A DNA stretch of 64,000 nt, from assembly GCF_032191835.1 (NCBI RefSeq), contig NC_083243.1, forward strand, positions 164,424,001 to 164,488,000, read 5' to 3'. Shown piece after piece: positions 38,249-50,204 of the stretch. Position numbers and translations under genes: made by a program. The notes beneath the pieces are model-generated. The model did not search any database, was not told where the DNA came from, and saw nothing but the letters and a program-made list of their open reading frames with translations. The number at the start of each line of letters is the position of its first letter. The first letter of the stretch is position 1. The stretch is from Heteronotia binoei. Lineage: Eukaryota.

Positions 38249-38407
38249 CAGGGGTCGCTTTGTAGAAAAATTGGTGGTGGAGCTCATCCAGGGATTGTTA
38301 TGTAGCTGCTCCTTCTATTCAATGGACAAGGTGGGGAGGAGGAGGGGGAACCCTCAGGAAGGTTTAGGAGCTCTGCTCCTGTGAGCTCCTGCTGAATCCG
38401 AGGCCTG
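38249..38407. mobile_element. hAT MITE
   Basis: Termini caggggtcg / cgaggcctg; perfect 8-bp TSD gtcataga (38241-38248 / 38408-38415). Confidence 0.8.
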
Positions 38408-41400
38408 GTCATAGAGATCAGTTGTTTGAAGTAGTCTATCAGGAAATTTTGCTTTTCAAAATATGGTAGCCCTAGCTAAGCATGGCTGGGATTTGGCAAT
38501 GTGCACAAAACTATAAGCAAAAATTTAACTCAGTTTTGCTTTACTGTATACTATTAAGTTCATCAGCACGAAAGCACGTATTTATATGAATCATAAAGCA
38601 TTTAATTGTTTCAATTTGTGGTTTGTCTATCTACGCTTCGGCCTGGGGCAAGCGGCTTTTAAGTACAGGTGCCTTTCAAGTTACACAGTTGATGTGGAAC
38701 AAGGAATGAAAAGTCTGCAGGGCCCCACTGGTTTTAATATTGGTTCAACCACCAGAATACTGACGAATTTTGCAAGGAAGCATTTTACGTAACAGTTACT
38801 AATCTAAATTTATTGTGGCAGTTTTTGCTTTTTTTTTTTTTAAGGTTGTGAAACCAATTTCCCAGTCTCGCAGCAACATATGTTCAGTTGTTTGTCTGCT
38901 GTATATATTATTATATAGAGAACAGGTTGATGCTTACAGTCCAGAAAGAAAGGGATCTCTTTATGTTACTCGTCTTTGCCCTAGGCTGCTCAGGGCTTTC
39001 ACAAAACCTGTTTCTTAGTCTCCGCACAAACAAAAAATCCATCTGGATTAGCTGCATCTCCTAACATAATGACATTTTGCATCTTTTTGTAATTGCTTGC
39101 CCAGGGCTCTGATCCTAAATACATTGGGTTGGAATAAGGGGTTTTGGGTTTTTTTTGCAATTTCATGAACTTGTTGTTTCCAAGTAAGTATGTTTAAAAA
39201 TGAATTGGTAGTCCACTACAGCTTTTGCAGATGAGTATATTTACCCTTTGGACTTAAGTGGACTTATGGTGCTGCATTGCATCTCTGGGTCAAGACCATT
39301 ATTTTTGGAGGCTTGAGGGTCTTTTGTGCAAAGGGCTAGAATGCAGCAGGGCATGAGATCACTAGTTGCCCGGATAAGTCATGCTGCTTAATACTTGTCA
39401 TTATTTGTAGTGTACTTATGTTTGAATTGAGTACAGGACATGGGGTTGTGGTACTGAGGGAATGCCTATATAAACTGACAGGAATACAAATGGCTGTCTA
39501 AAAGGCAAGTTGAATGAAATATATTGGTATGAGCAAAAGACAAGAGTACTAACTAGAAAGAAAGAAGAGCAAAGGAGTCAAACTTGATATAGCTAAGTTA
39601 CAAGTAAATGGACTTTAGTTCCGTTGAAATAAATAAGACATAAGAACATAACTTTCTGATGGATTATAGCTCTGGAGCTTAGTTGTAGTGTACAGAAGCA
39701 TCATGCCAGACGTCCATTTGCTTGAACTTCTGTAGTCTTATTTTTCCGGGAACATACATGCACATGATTACTTTATGCTGAAGCCAGTGCTTATATGATA
39801 ATGGCTACAGGGTATGCATCTCAAGGTTAGATAATTTCTCAAAGCCCTAATTCCTGCATGGTGCTGTCCACAACAGGCATGAGTGAAGAGCTGGTTCAGG
39901 GAAAGAAGTGGAGGGTCCAGTGAAAGAAGTGACTGAGAGTTGCTGCTGTAAGGCCCCAGCACAAACTGCTGCTGGCACTCTGTTGTCACAATGAAGCCTG
40001 TGTCACAAAGAAACACAGATTGTGTCTGATAAGAGAAATTGTGGAACAGAAGAAATATGTTTAGTAGGAATGCATGGTTCAAAGATTTTTTAGTAAGTCA
40101 ACACTGAAGTTTATCTGAATACCTTTCTTTTGGATAATGCTTTTTCTGTTTGTTTGTACTCATATATAAAGTTTCCACCGATTTCCTCCTTAGGGCTTAG
40201 ACAAGTGCCTCCACCCAAAGGTGCCAGTACTCAGTACTAGTGAGTACTGTCACACAAAAGATCTCTGCCTTTTGGAAGATGACATATTTGAGAAGCAGGA
40301 ATTAATTTCCTGTAGGAATTAATTTCCTTTGAGAAGAGTTCTTATTTTTGAGATTAATACTCCAATATCTGAAATTTACACGACTGAGGGCAGTGCTCTG
40401 ACTTTCAATTTGCCCTCTTTTTAAAACAGCAGGTTATTTGCATAAACAGGAAAAACGTACATCTTCCTGTAACCTCTTCATGGAGCCAGAAACAAGAGTT
40501 CTAAGTCAGCAGATAGGCAGCATATTTCCATACTAGTAGCTAAGGACCCAGCTCCAGTTATAGCAGTCCGACTTGGAGCAGCTCTTGAGGGCCTCAGGAA
40601 GAGGTCTTTCACATCACCTATCTAATCTTTCTAACTGGAGATGCTGGGCTTTGAACCTGGGACCTTGTTGAAGCAAAACAGATGCTGTACAATTGAGCCA
40701 CACTCCCTCCCCAAGTATGATGATGTTGGTTTTTTTCATTCATGTTTGCTGAGAGGAAGAGCATGAAATGAAATCATGTGGCAGGACTACTATATAGGTG
40801 ATTTCTCATGTAATATCCCTGATTATGACAGTGCAAACAAGCACTAAAAGCTACATGCCACTTGATTCCCAAATGTGTAACCTAAGGTACCTTTTAAAAT
40901 GTATTTACATTATTTATAGTTCGTCTTTCTCACTGAGACTCAAGGCATGTTATATAGTGAAAACAAGGAGAAATCTGTAACAGAAGTGAAACAAAGCATA
41001 CTCATTTAAGCATGACATGTTAAACCATGCAGAAAGTACATAGAAGGAGCATAATTGTAGGAGCATACTTGTAGCATCAGACAGATGTTATGAGGATCTG
41101 GTTTGTGCAAATCAACCATTCATTTTGTTATCACTTGCTGCGCTTCATATGCATAGCTCCATCAATAATAGCAACAGTGCTGTTACATAAATTATGTCAA
41201 CCACCCTTTTTAAGGCAAAGGGCCATGATAGTGATTCATGATACTTTAATTGTGAGACAATGATATAAACAAGTTGTTGGGAGAGGGACTCTATGGGTTT
41301 TAGTGGGAGGGGGAAGCAGCTTAGTTCCACTCTGCAGAGTCTTTAGACAACTGGACACATGCCCATGTTAGGCAATCACTGCTGGAGGAGAACAGTGACA

Positions 41401-41841
41401 TGTATACAATGAACACACTTTATTACCACGGTTATTCTGTCAGCAATTATAGAATAGCATATTTATGGTCACTGCATTTGGTGGTTTTATCATGTTGCCT
41501 CAGGAAAGCCTCCTGATACAGAAATGATGTTACAATTATCAGTGGATATAAAATAGTGAAATTGCAACTTTAAAAAATACTGATTATATTTGATTGCCTA
41601 TTTGAGAACGTTGGTCTATTTCCTTTTTCCGTACAGCTTGCTCCAGCTGTTTACCTCTTCTGAGTCTGTGTTTGTGTTATGTGTTGGGAGGAGAGTGGTG
41701 GAAATGTGTCTCCAGGGTTAATTAACTCATTAGAACCTAGATATGCTGGCTCATTTCTTGAGTTGCTTGAGAACTGATTGAACTAACCTGTACTTTCCCT
41801 AGTTTTCCATCAGTGCAACTGCAATAACACATTTTTCAAGT

Positions 41842-42736
41842 TGTGATGGTAATGAATGGGTTAACAAGAAAACTAAGGACGCATAGAGCCTGCGTCAGGT
41901 GATCTGAGGGTGGGGGCCAGAGTGCTCGGAACTCTCAGAGGTGATTGACAGCTAACGGCTGAGGGCAGTTAGTGTCAGACGGAGTCTGAGGGAGACTGCT
42001 GAAGAGAGCAGTGGGTCTGAGAAGGAGCTGAGACAGTAGCTGTGGAGAGTCTTTGAGAGAAGCAAAGCTCACTGTTCACTCTAGTTAGACAGTCACAGGG
42101 CTGTGTGTGACTAGAGGAGAGTCACAGTAAAAGACCTGAGAGGTCACAGACACAGAGACACTTCTCTTAAGAGCTAAAGAGGTGGTTGAGGGAAAGATGT
42201 GGGTCTAGAAGTCTAAAGGGCTGGGAGAAGAGACACCAGTCGACTTAAAGGACTTGGCACATTATACCCAAGAGGCCAACCCAGAATAGTGTTGGAGAGT
42301 GAAAGCTGTATGATCTGTGAAACCTGAGGGACCTAAGTGAACTAGATATTATAAAGCCTAAACTACGAAGAAACTGTTAACTGCTTGATATACAATATAG
42401 CCCATGTATATATTTCCCATTCCCCAGTTGAAGACGGTGTGTGTATGTTAATAAATTTCTGTGGTTTACTTTAAAGTTCTCTGGTGCCAGTATATTGGGA
42501 AAGATATCAAAACTGCTGTGGTCCCCTACCTACAAACTGAGGTTATATCCATCTGAAAGCAAAACAAACCCCCTGAAGAGACTAGTAGTGAGAAATCCAT
42601 ATTACAACCACCCCTTGAGTTCCATAGTCGTGAGGGAAAAATTCAAAAGGAAGAACTGAGGTGGAAGAGGGGCTGGGGTAGCCATAAGCCGCATATAGAA
42701 GTGATCCAGTGAGACCGTGAGGCGTGCTGTTATACA
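41842..42736 (+). mobile_element. Probable solo LTR (Gypsy-like)
   Basis: TGT...ACA termini, GA-rich R-like region, AATAAA at 42450-42455, flanked by aagt and (a)agt as an imperfect short TSD; no coding remnants. Confidence 0.55.
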
Positions 42737-43049
42737 AGTCTTGTATATTTAGTAAATCTATGAGGCAATCTTTCATTTTTCTTTCTATAATACAGATTTA
42801 GAATAGTCTCAGCTAGTTCAGTTCACTTAGAACAGTCTTAAGACCAGCATACAGGTTAATCAGACATAAAATACAAGAGGGATTTGAATCTTCAAAATGT
42901 GATCCTCTTAATTAAAGAATTAATGCACAGAATTTACCAACGCCATGTGATAGATTCAGCTAGGCCTCCTGTGACCAGTGTGAGTGTGGACTGCATGGAG
43001 GATGATTGTGTCCTGCTTGCTGTAGAAGTGTGAACTTGATTGTGAGTGA

Positions 43050-46000
43050 TGGGAGTAGTTGCAATTAAACTGATATGCTTTATCTGTCTGTATCCCATCC
43101 CAATGGGGTCAGGTCAAATTACTTGCCTCCGTCATTGGTGTTATGCAATGCCAGGTCCATTAATAATAAGACCAATCCTTCGGGACTTCCTATGGACTTG
43201 GCTTGTGTGACTGAGACCTGGGTGAGAGATGGGGAGACAGTAGCTCTCTCCCAGGTGGCTCCCCCGGGATACTCAGTCTTTCACCAGTCATGAACTAGCG
43301 GGCGGGGGGGAGGAGTGGCCCTATTCATATGGGAGGCTTACTCCTTCCAGGCCCTCCTGTCTCCAAAGGTCAATGGCATCGAATGTGCTGGTCTGGCATG
43401 GGATGTTGGGGAGGGTTTGGGGGTCTGCCTGGTGTACCAACTGCCTAATGCCCCAGCCAACGCCTTACCGTCCCTGATGGAGGCCGTAACAGGCTGGGCA
43501 TTGGAACACCCAAGGATTTTGGTCTTGGGTGATTTCAGTCCATGCCGATGACGAGGACTCTAGTTAGGCGGCGGAACTGGTGTCATCCATGGCAACACTA
43601 GGACTCTCCCAATTTGTTACAACACCCATGCATCAGACCAGGCACATGCTGGATTTGATCTTTGCGATGGGAATCTTAGTGGACCGGATCACTGAGGAAG
43701 CAATACCGTGGTAGGACCACTACACTCTGAAGGCTTGTATGGATGTGCCACCCCAAACCTGTTTAGTTGGCAAGCATATTTTAGCTCGCCCATGGAACCT
43801 GATGGACTCAGTGCGGTTCTAGATGGCCCTGCAGGACCCCTGGCCCCCCAGCAATTCTCTAGAGGACCTGGTTGAGACCTGGCAAGACCGGCTCACCATG
43901 GCCATCAATGAGATTGCACCATGGTGCCCTCTGCGCCCTCGTTCAAAGCTGGCCCTGTGGTATAACCCAGAGTTGCGGCTGCTGAAACTAAGGCTCAGAC
44001 AGCTAGAGAGGCGGTGGTGGCGTACTCGAGATGAAGCGATCAGAACATCTTATAAAGAGTTTATGAGGTCCTATGAGATGGCAGTCAAAGCCACAAAAAA
44101 AGCTTATTTTGTGGCTAAGACTGCATCTGCGAATTTGCGCCCGGCATAATTATTTAGTATCATTCAGAATCTTACAACTACCCCAAGGCAGACAAAACTG
44201 TAGGGATTTGGATATAGTCTGTGAGGCTTTTGCGACTTTTTTCGCAGATAACATCTCGTCGCTCTGCAATGACTCCCTGCCACTGTTGAAGCAGTAAGGG
44301 AACTCAAAGCTCCGTACCTCTTTTCCAGGTCAGCTCTGGAGGAAGTCGACAGAATTCTCTCTACTGTGCACCCAACAACATGTGACCTGGACCCTTGCAC
44401 ATCCTGGCTGATTAAAGCTTGTTGGTTGGAGCTACGATATCCTATACGGGATATCGTAAATAGATCCCTCTCTGAGGGGCTCTTTCCAGGGCCTCTCAAA
44501 GAGGCAGTGGTCTGCCCTCTCTTGAAAAAACCATCACTAGATCTGGCAGAATTGGCACACTATCGGCCAGTCTCGAATTTGCCCTTTTGGGGCAAAATTA
44601 TTGAGAGGGCAGTAGTGCTACAGTTACAGAGTTTTCTGGAGGACGCTTCCATCCTGGACCCGCATCAGTCCGGTTTTCGCTCAGGTCATGGGGTGGAGAC
44701 AGTACTGGTCGCCCTGGTGGATGATCTCCAGTGGCATCTGGACCGAGGCAGTTCAGGATACTGATGTTGTTGGACCTGTCGGCTGCATTCGACACGGTCG
44801 ACCATCATTTGCTGATTCACCGCCTCGCTGACGCAGGGATTCAGGGGTTGGCCTTATAATGGCTTTCCTCTTTTCTCCATGGTCAGGGACAAAAGGTGGT
44901 GATCGGGGGACAGTCATCCCAGAGGCACTCACTTAACTGTGGAGTGCCTCAGGGGGTGGTGCTCTCCCTAATGCTGTTCAACATCTATATGCGCCCCCTT
45001 GACCAGATTGCCAGGAGGTATGGGTTGGGTTGCCATCAGTACGCTAATAACACCCAGCTCTGTCTACTGATAGACAGTCGGTCTGCCTGTACCCCAGAAA
45101 ATTTGGGTCTGGCGCTGAAGGCCGTGGCAGGGTGGCTTAAGCTGAGTCGACTGAAGCTGAATCTGACAAAGACAGAGGTCCTTTGCCTGAGCCGCAGCAG
45201 CCCGGGAAGGGGAATCCCCCTACAAACTTTTGATGGTGCGCCACTTGCAACAGCACCCAAGGTCAGAAGCTTCGGGGTGCTACTGGAACCTTCATTGATA
45301 ATGGAGGCCACTGCCAAATCCACCTTTTTCCCTCTTAGGCGGGCAAGGCAGTTGGTCCCTTTCCTCGACTGTGGCGACCTAGCAATTGTGACCCACACTA
45401 CGGTTGCCTTGAGATTGGACTACTGTAGTGCCCTCTACATGGGGCCACCCTTGTCTCAAATCCGGAGACTGCAGCTGGTGCAGAATGCAGCGGCTAGGCT
45501 GTTATTGGAGCTTCTCATGCGGGAGGACATACAGTCCGCGCTGCGGGAACTGCACTGGTTGCTGTTAGTGTACCGGATTAGCTACAGGGTGCTGGTTATT
45601 ACCTTTAAAGCCCTATATGTCTTAGGGACCTATATGGCTTAGGGACCATCTCTTCCCATATGTTCCCCAGAGGGTACTCAGATCAGGGACACAGAACCTG
45701 TTATTGATCCCTGGGCCGAGGGAGGCAAGATTGAAGACCAATCGGGAGAGAGCCTTCTCTATAGCGGCCCCCTATTGGTGGAACCAACTTCCGGAAGAAG
45801 TAAGAGCGTTGTGGGACCTTGCCCAGTTCCGCAAGGTTTGCAAGACAGCTTTATTTCAACTTGCTTTTAATTGATAGCTACATGTGAGGATACTCAAGAC
45901 TTAAGTTATTGGAATCTACCATTAGCACCAAATTGTTTTAAAATGTTTTAATTGTTATACTGTTTAAGGTTTTAATTAGTTAATGCTCAGTATTTGTAAA

Positions 46001-46086
46001 TGTTTTTATTGTTGTAAGCCACCCTGAGCCCACTTTGGCGGGGAGGGTGGAATATAAATCCAATTAAACAAATACATAAATAAATT
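43050..46086 (+). mobile_element. Older, degraded, near-complete L2-clade LINE ORF2 (endonuclease + RT), same family as 7214-9255
   Basis: Fragments LCNARSINNKT, LACVTETW, GGGVAL, LVLGDF (APE endonuclease), HYRPVSNLPF, GVPQGVVLS, LQLVQNAAARLL; many stops and frameshifts; 3' end gccaccctgagccc...aatataaat with an A-rich tail. Confidence 0.9.
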
Positions 46087-46110
46087 TATTTCTGACTTAT
46101 TTCTCTTCAG

Positions 46111-46450
46111 CCTTTGATATATCCTGTGTGGACCCAGATCGCTTTTACAGTCACACTCTGTGGATCCAACAACATTTTAGTTAAACATTTGGTTAAAGAT
46201 TTGTTTTGCCTATTGGATAAGCAGAGCCTCCAGCTACTGCAAACTACCTCAGCTTTTAATGTTGATTGGAGCAAAGACTGTCATCCACTTAACCTCAGTG
46301 CTTCAGGATGCCAACACAGCACACTGCACAACAAAACTTCCTATCTCTCCTTTGAGCACATAGAGGCTGAGGATTCAGGCAATTATACCTGCACACTCTA
46401 CTTGAATGAACAGAGAAACGCCTCCTTCACTATTTGGCTGGTCATGGCAG
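46111..46450 (+). CDS. SIGIRR: Extra Ig-like domain exon (IL-1R1 D2-like) of the SIGIRR/DIGIRR-like gene, with an apparent +1 frameshift near 46175-46178
   Basis: Acceptor ttctcttcag|c, donor gcag|gtgagt (phase 1). Ig hallmarks LFC...DWSKDC...LSFEHIEAEDSGNYTC. The phase-1 entry frame reads AFDISCVDPD...QQHFS then TAA at 46182-46184, one base out of frame with the Ig core. Confidence 0.7.
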
Positions 46451-47744
46451 GTGAGTCAAGGGAGTGGGGAAGTTGACCACCAGTTTAACTCTGGAGTGAA
46501 AACCTTACACCTTTGCCGCCTCTTATACTAGTGCTCCAGACAGGTCCTTTTCCTACTTGTTTGGCTTAGCAGTCTGACAAAGGAAAACTGAAATATCTAA
46601 CTATGAATAGAAGTTTATTTTTTAATGTCTGCCATAACATATAATTCCACTCTTTCTGGGCTGCAGTGAGTAAATTGTGAAAGTAGATGTCCATCTGCCT
46701 ATGAGAGAATGGTAGACATTTAGTTCCTTTTGTGTGCCTGTTCCCATTGCACATGTTAGGTTTAGTCCTGATTAATTTTATAATGGCAGAATGGAACTTT
46801 CCCACCTCCCTTCTCCTACTTTAGCCCACTGATCTCTACAAAATGCTCCTCCTGGGGGAATAGGGAACCCTGAGGAATGCTATGAGGGGGCTCTGCAGCA
46901 GGAAGGGGAAACCGGTGGAAACTGATAATTTGGTCTGAATCCATCCTCCTTATATCATACAAAAGAACAGTGAATACCATTGTAAGAGCAGTATGTAGTC
47001 AGATTGCTATAATTCAGTGAAAATGACCCTGTCTCCCTGCACATACTACATTCTGTTGTGGAGGTACAACTTAGATGTGAAAGAAGGCTTCAGAGTTCAG
47101 TAACTATTAACAGTGAGTGATGAGGCTTGAAATGCGAGAAAAGTGTCTGCAGGTGCTAAAAAGAGTGCAAAAAACCACATTCACCCCTGCTCCATGTAAA
47201 TAAATACGAGATTAAGAATAGCTGTGCTTGATATTTAATGTGCGTGTTCTGGGTTTTGTTTTTTAAATATGCCACTCCTTATAACTTTATAAATTACTTG
47301 CAGGTAATGTTAACAATAGCTGTGAGCTGTCAGATTTTTGGACATGAAATAAATAAAACAGACAAGAGATTAGATCTTTTATTTTCAATTCAGTATTAAA
47401 GGAGTGTAATGTAGCAGTTGGGACAGATAAGTATGCTGTCATTTCTGCTTTATTATCTTGTATGGCACATTTAAACTACAAACTGTGAAACTATAAATCG
47501 GAAAGGAGCATTTTATTATGGTGTTAGCAACATGAATCAGCCTAAAGTAGTTTTGGGCAGTCCATTGTATTTCCTTTTTTTTTTTTTTTTCAAAAAACCC
47601 ACCTTTGTTTTGTTAAGATGCTTTTTTAGGATTCTGAAAGTTGTCCTGGCTCAGCTAAGGATTGGATATGGATCCCAGAGAAAAGTTGAGGAGGCCCCAC
47701 CAGTACATATCTTGTAATGTTCCCTTTTTCAAAAACTGTGAGCT

Positions 47745-47960
47745 AAGAAGTGGGGAATGGTGAGACCATCAGACTAGGATCTGGGAGAGCCAGGTTCAAA
47801 TCTCCCCTCTGCCATGAAACTTGTTGAGTGGCTCTGGGCCAGTTGCACACTTTCTGCCTAACCTTCCTCACAGGGTTGTTGTGAGGATTAATGTGGCAAG
47901 GGAAAATATCTGTTGCTATGAAATCTTTAGAGGAAGGGCAAGTTAAAAAATTTATTTAGA
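47745..47960 (+). mobile_element. Older MIR/Squam-like SINE
   Basis: ccaggttcaaatctcc B-box; ctcacagggttgttgtgaggatta CORE-like segment. Confidence 0.7.
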
Positions 47961-48709
47961 TGGGATTAGGTAGATTTTTGGGGGTGAGAAGGATTTCTGG
48001 CTGAGAGAAGGAAGCTCTGGTAGAATAGAAAGAAGTGTGAGAGCTGATTAAAGCGTGCTTTAGTGGTTTGGCCTACCACTGTCCTGTAGGACCCCTGGCC
48101 TACCCCTCTATCTATTTTTCATAAAGCGATGCAAGTCTCACTTCTCTCCTGCCCCCCCCTTCCCTTTAAAGGAATGACTTCTGTAAGCTGATAAAAGGCT
48201 AGGCTAAGGTGCATGGATGGATGAACTGGCATCGTGGGGAATGAAGGGGAAAGAACATCATGCTGGACTCTGAACAGAAATTGAGAGTGCAGTATGTCTC
48301 TAAAAACAATTTTTTTTGCCAGATCTCAGCTACATGTAATTGAGCTCCGTATTCCTCTTTTATTCTGAACACCTCTATAGTGATACTTTTTACGCTTTCC
48401 AGGGAATAGTGGCTATGACTTTTCTCTGTAGCCCATGCTGAATTTTCTTGAGTCGAATTAAAGGTGCTGAATGAAGGAGTGGATATATACAAAAATACAG
48501 ATGGTTAAACTGGTTAGCTTTCAAAACAGAAGGGGAAGTAGTTGAGTTTCATCAACCAAACTATCAGAATAGGGATAATGCTTAGATGCAAGGCATCTTT
48601 TTGACAGGGTTAAATACTGTGCATAGCATTTTTGGTGTGCAATCTGGTAGTAGAGTACCCTTATTCAAAATCTCTCTGCTGATGTGCTGTTCTTTTGTCT
48701 TTCTAACAG

Positions 48710-48887
48710 ATCTTTGCAGTGTGCTACCCAAATTCCTCTACCCTTCTAATAATGTGACTTTGGAGCACACTTTAGGGAGCCAGTTAACATTGAACTGCAC
48801 TGTGCAGCTGCCCTTTAGCCAGAACTGTGACCTTGCCCTTTACTGGATGAAAGATGACCAGTGGTTAGATGGTAATACCACCCAATG
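48710..48887 (+). CDS. SIGIRR: SIGIRR Ig domain exon, first half: DLCSVLPKFLYPSNNVTLEHTLGSQLTLNCTVQLPFSQNCDLALYWMKDDQWLDGNTTQ(W)
   Basis: Acceptor ttctaacag|a, donor aatg|gtaaga; resembles the SIGIRR / IL-1R1 D3 pattern PxFLxPS...LGSxxxLNCT...WxKD. Confidence 0.92.
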
Positions 48888-49314
48888 GTAAGAAAATTTA
48901 CCTATGAAGTTTGTGTAAAGTGGAGACAACAGGATGTGTAAAATGAAGGCAATAGAGATGGGGGGAAAGGCTAACAAGAATTATTTGCAAACGAATGTTT
49001 TTCCTGGGTTAAAGTTAAGAGCCATTTTTCAAAAATAGACTACAAGCAATTAGCCTTTGTGGAATAAAGGGCAGTTATGCAGTGATGGTATATAACCTGT
49101 GAGAAAGAATAGCAAAGTTAGCTTTAGGGACTGAAAATATGATCGCTATATTTTTGAAAAAGAGTGTTTAGCTTCAGCGCTAGAGAACAAGAGTGTGCAA
49201 AGAGGAAAGGATGGGTCTCAGTGAGATGTTGCTGTGCTGATGGGGAATAACCTTAATAGATTGTGCATTTCTGAAACATGAATACTCCATCATGTTAATT
49301 TACAGCAGAGGAAT

Positions 49315-49620
49315 CAGGGCCACATTACGACTTTTGTGGGGCCTAAGTACTTTTGCCTTTGTGAGCTGTTCCCACTATAATAATATCAATATTAAAATTA
49401 TTTTTCATGTAACTTGAAATACTTGACTTTTTTCTGCTTTAGGAAAAATTTAATAGATTTTCATGGGCCCTAAAATTTCATTTTTCTGATGTGAGAAAAC
49501 AAATTAAAATATTTTCTTTGACCCTAAAACATTTTTTCCTTTTGATTTTAAAAGAAATTTAAACATTTTTGTGCATCCTAGGCAATGTGCCGACTGTGCC
49601 TAATAGAAAAGTCAGCCCTG
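49315..49620. mobile_element. hAT MITE with CAGGGC termini and an AT-rich interior
   Basis: Termini cagggccac / gtcagccctg; degenerate TSD agaggaat / agagaagc. Confidence 0.6.
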
Positions 49621-50073
49621 AGAGAAGCACTGAGTCCAGCAACAAATTTTTACATTTTTAGCAGTAATAAAATATCTGTTGTAACTGCATAGTGGAGATG
49701 CTTATTTGAAAAAAGACATTTGGAACTACAGAAAGAATTGAGCAATCCCAGCGCTTTCATAGAAAAATAATTCTGGAAAGTCCCAAATAAGATAAACTTT
49801 TGCAGAACAGACACTCTGGGCAGTCAGTTTTCTATTATAAAATATCTTCATGTTATTATAATGGCTGTATTCCCAGAGTGGTGAATTGTATGGGAATAAT
49901 AATGGCACTTATGACCCATCCATGTCCAAAATTCAGTGTTTCATAAAGAGACATAGGGGTAGAGCTCCACTAAACCTCTCTTCAATCAAGCTCTTGACAG
50001 GAATTCGCGGGTGTCCCCCCCCATCTTTTCCCCTTTTAAATAATATAAACTCAAAATATTTATGATTCATCAG

Positions 50074-50204
50074 GTTCAATGACAATGCAACAGAGATATT
50101 TGTCTCCAGCGCTTTGGATGTGAATGTGACTACTGATGAGAATTATGGAGATTTTGCCTGCTTGGTTAGAAACAGCACAGCAGTTTTCACACTGCAAAAA
50201 TCAG
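50074..50204 (+). CDS. SIGIRR: SIGIRR Ig domain exon, second half: WFNDNATEIFVSSALDVNVTTDENYGDFACLVRNSTAVFTLQKS
   Basis: Acceptor catcag|g, donor tcag|gtattg; phase 2 to phase 1; contains the YGxFxC Ig F-strand motif. Confidence 0.92.

Noticed and set aside
46114-46476. The 120-aa ORF as a stand-alone secreted Ig protein
   Set aside because: It starts at TTG and runs past a strong GT donor at 46451; it is an internal exon, not an independent gene.
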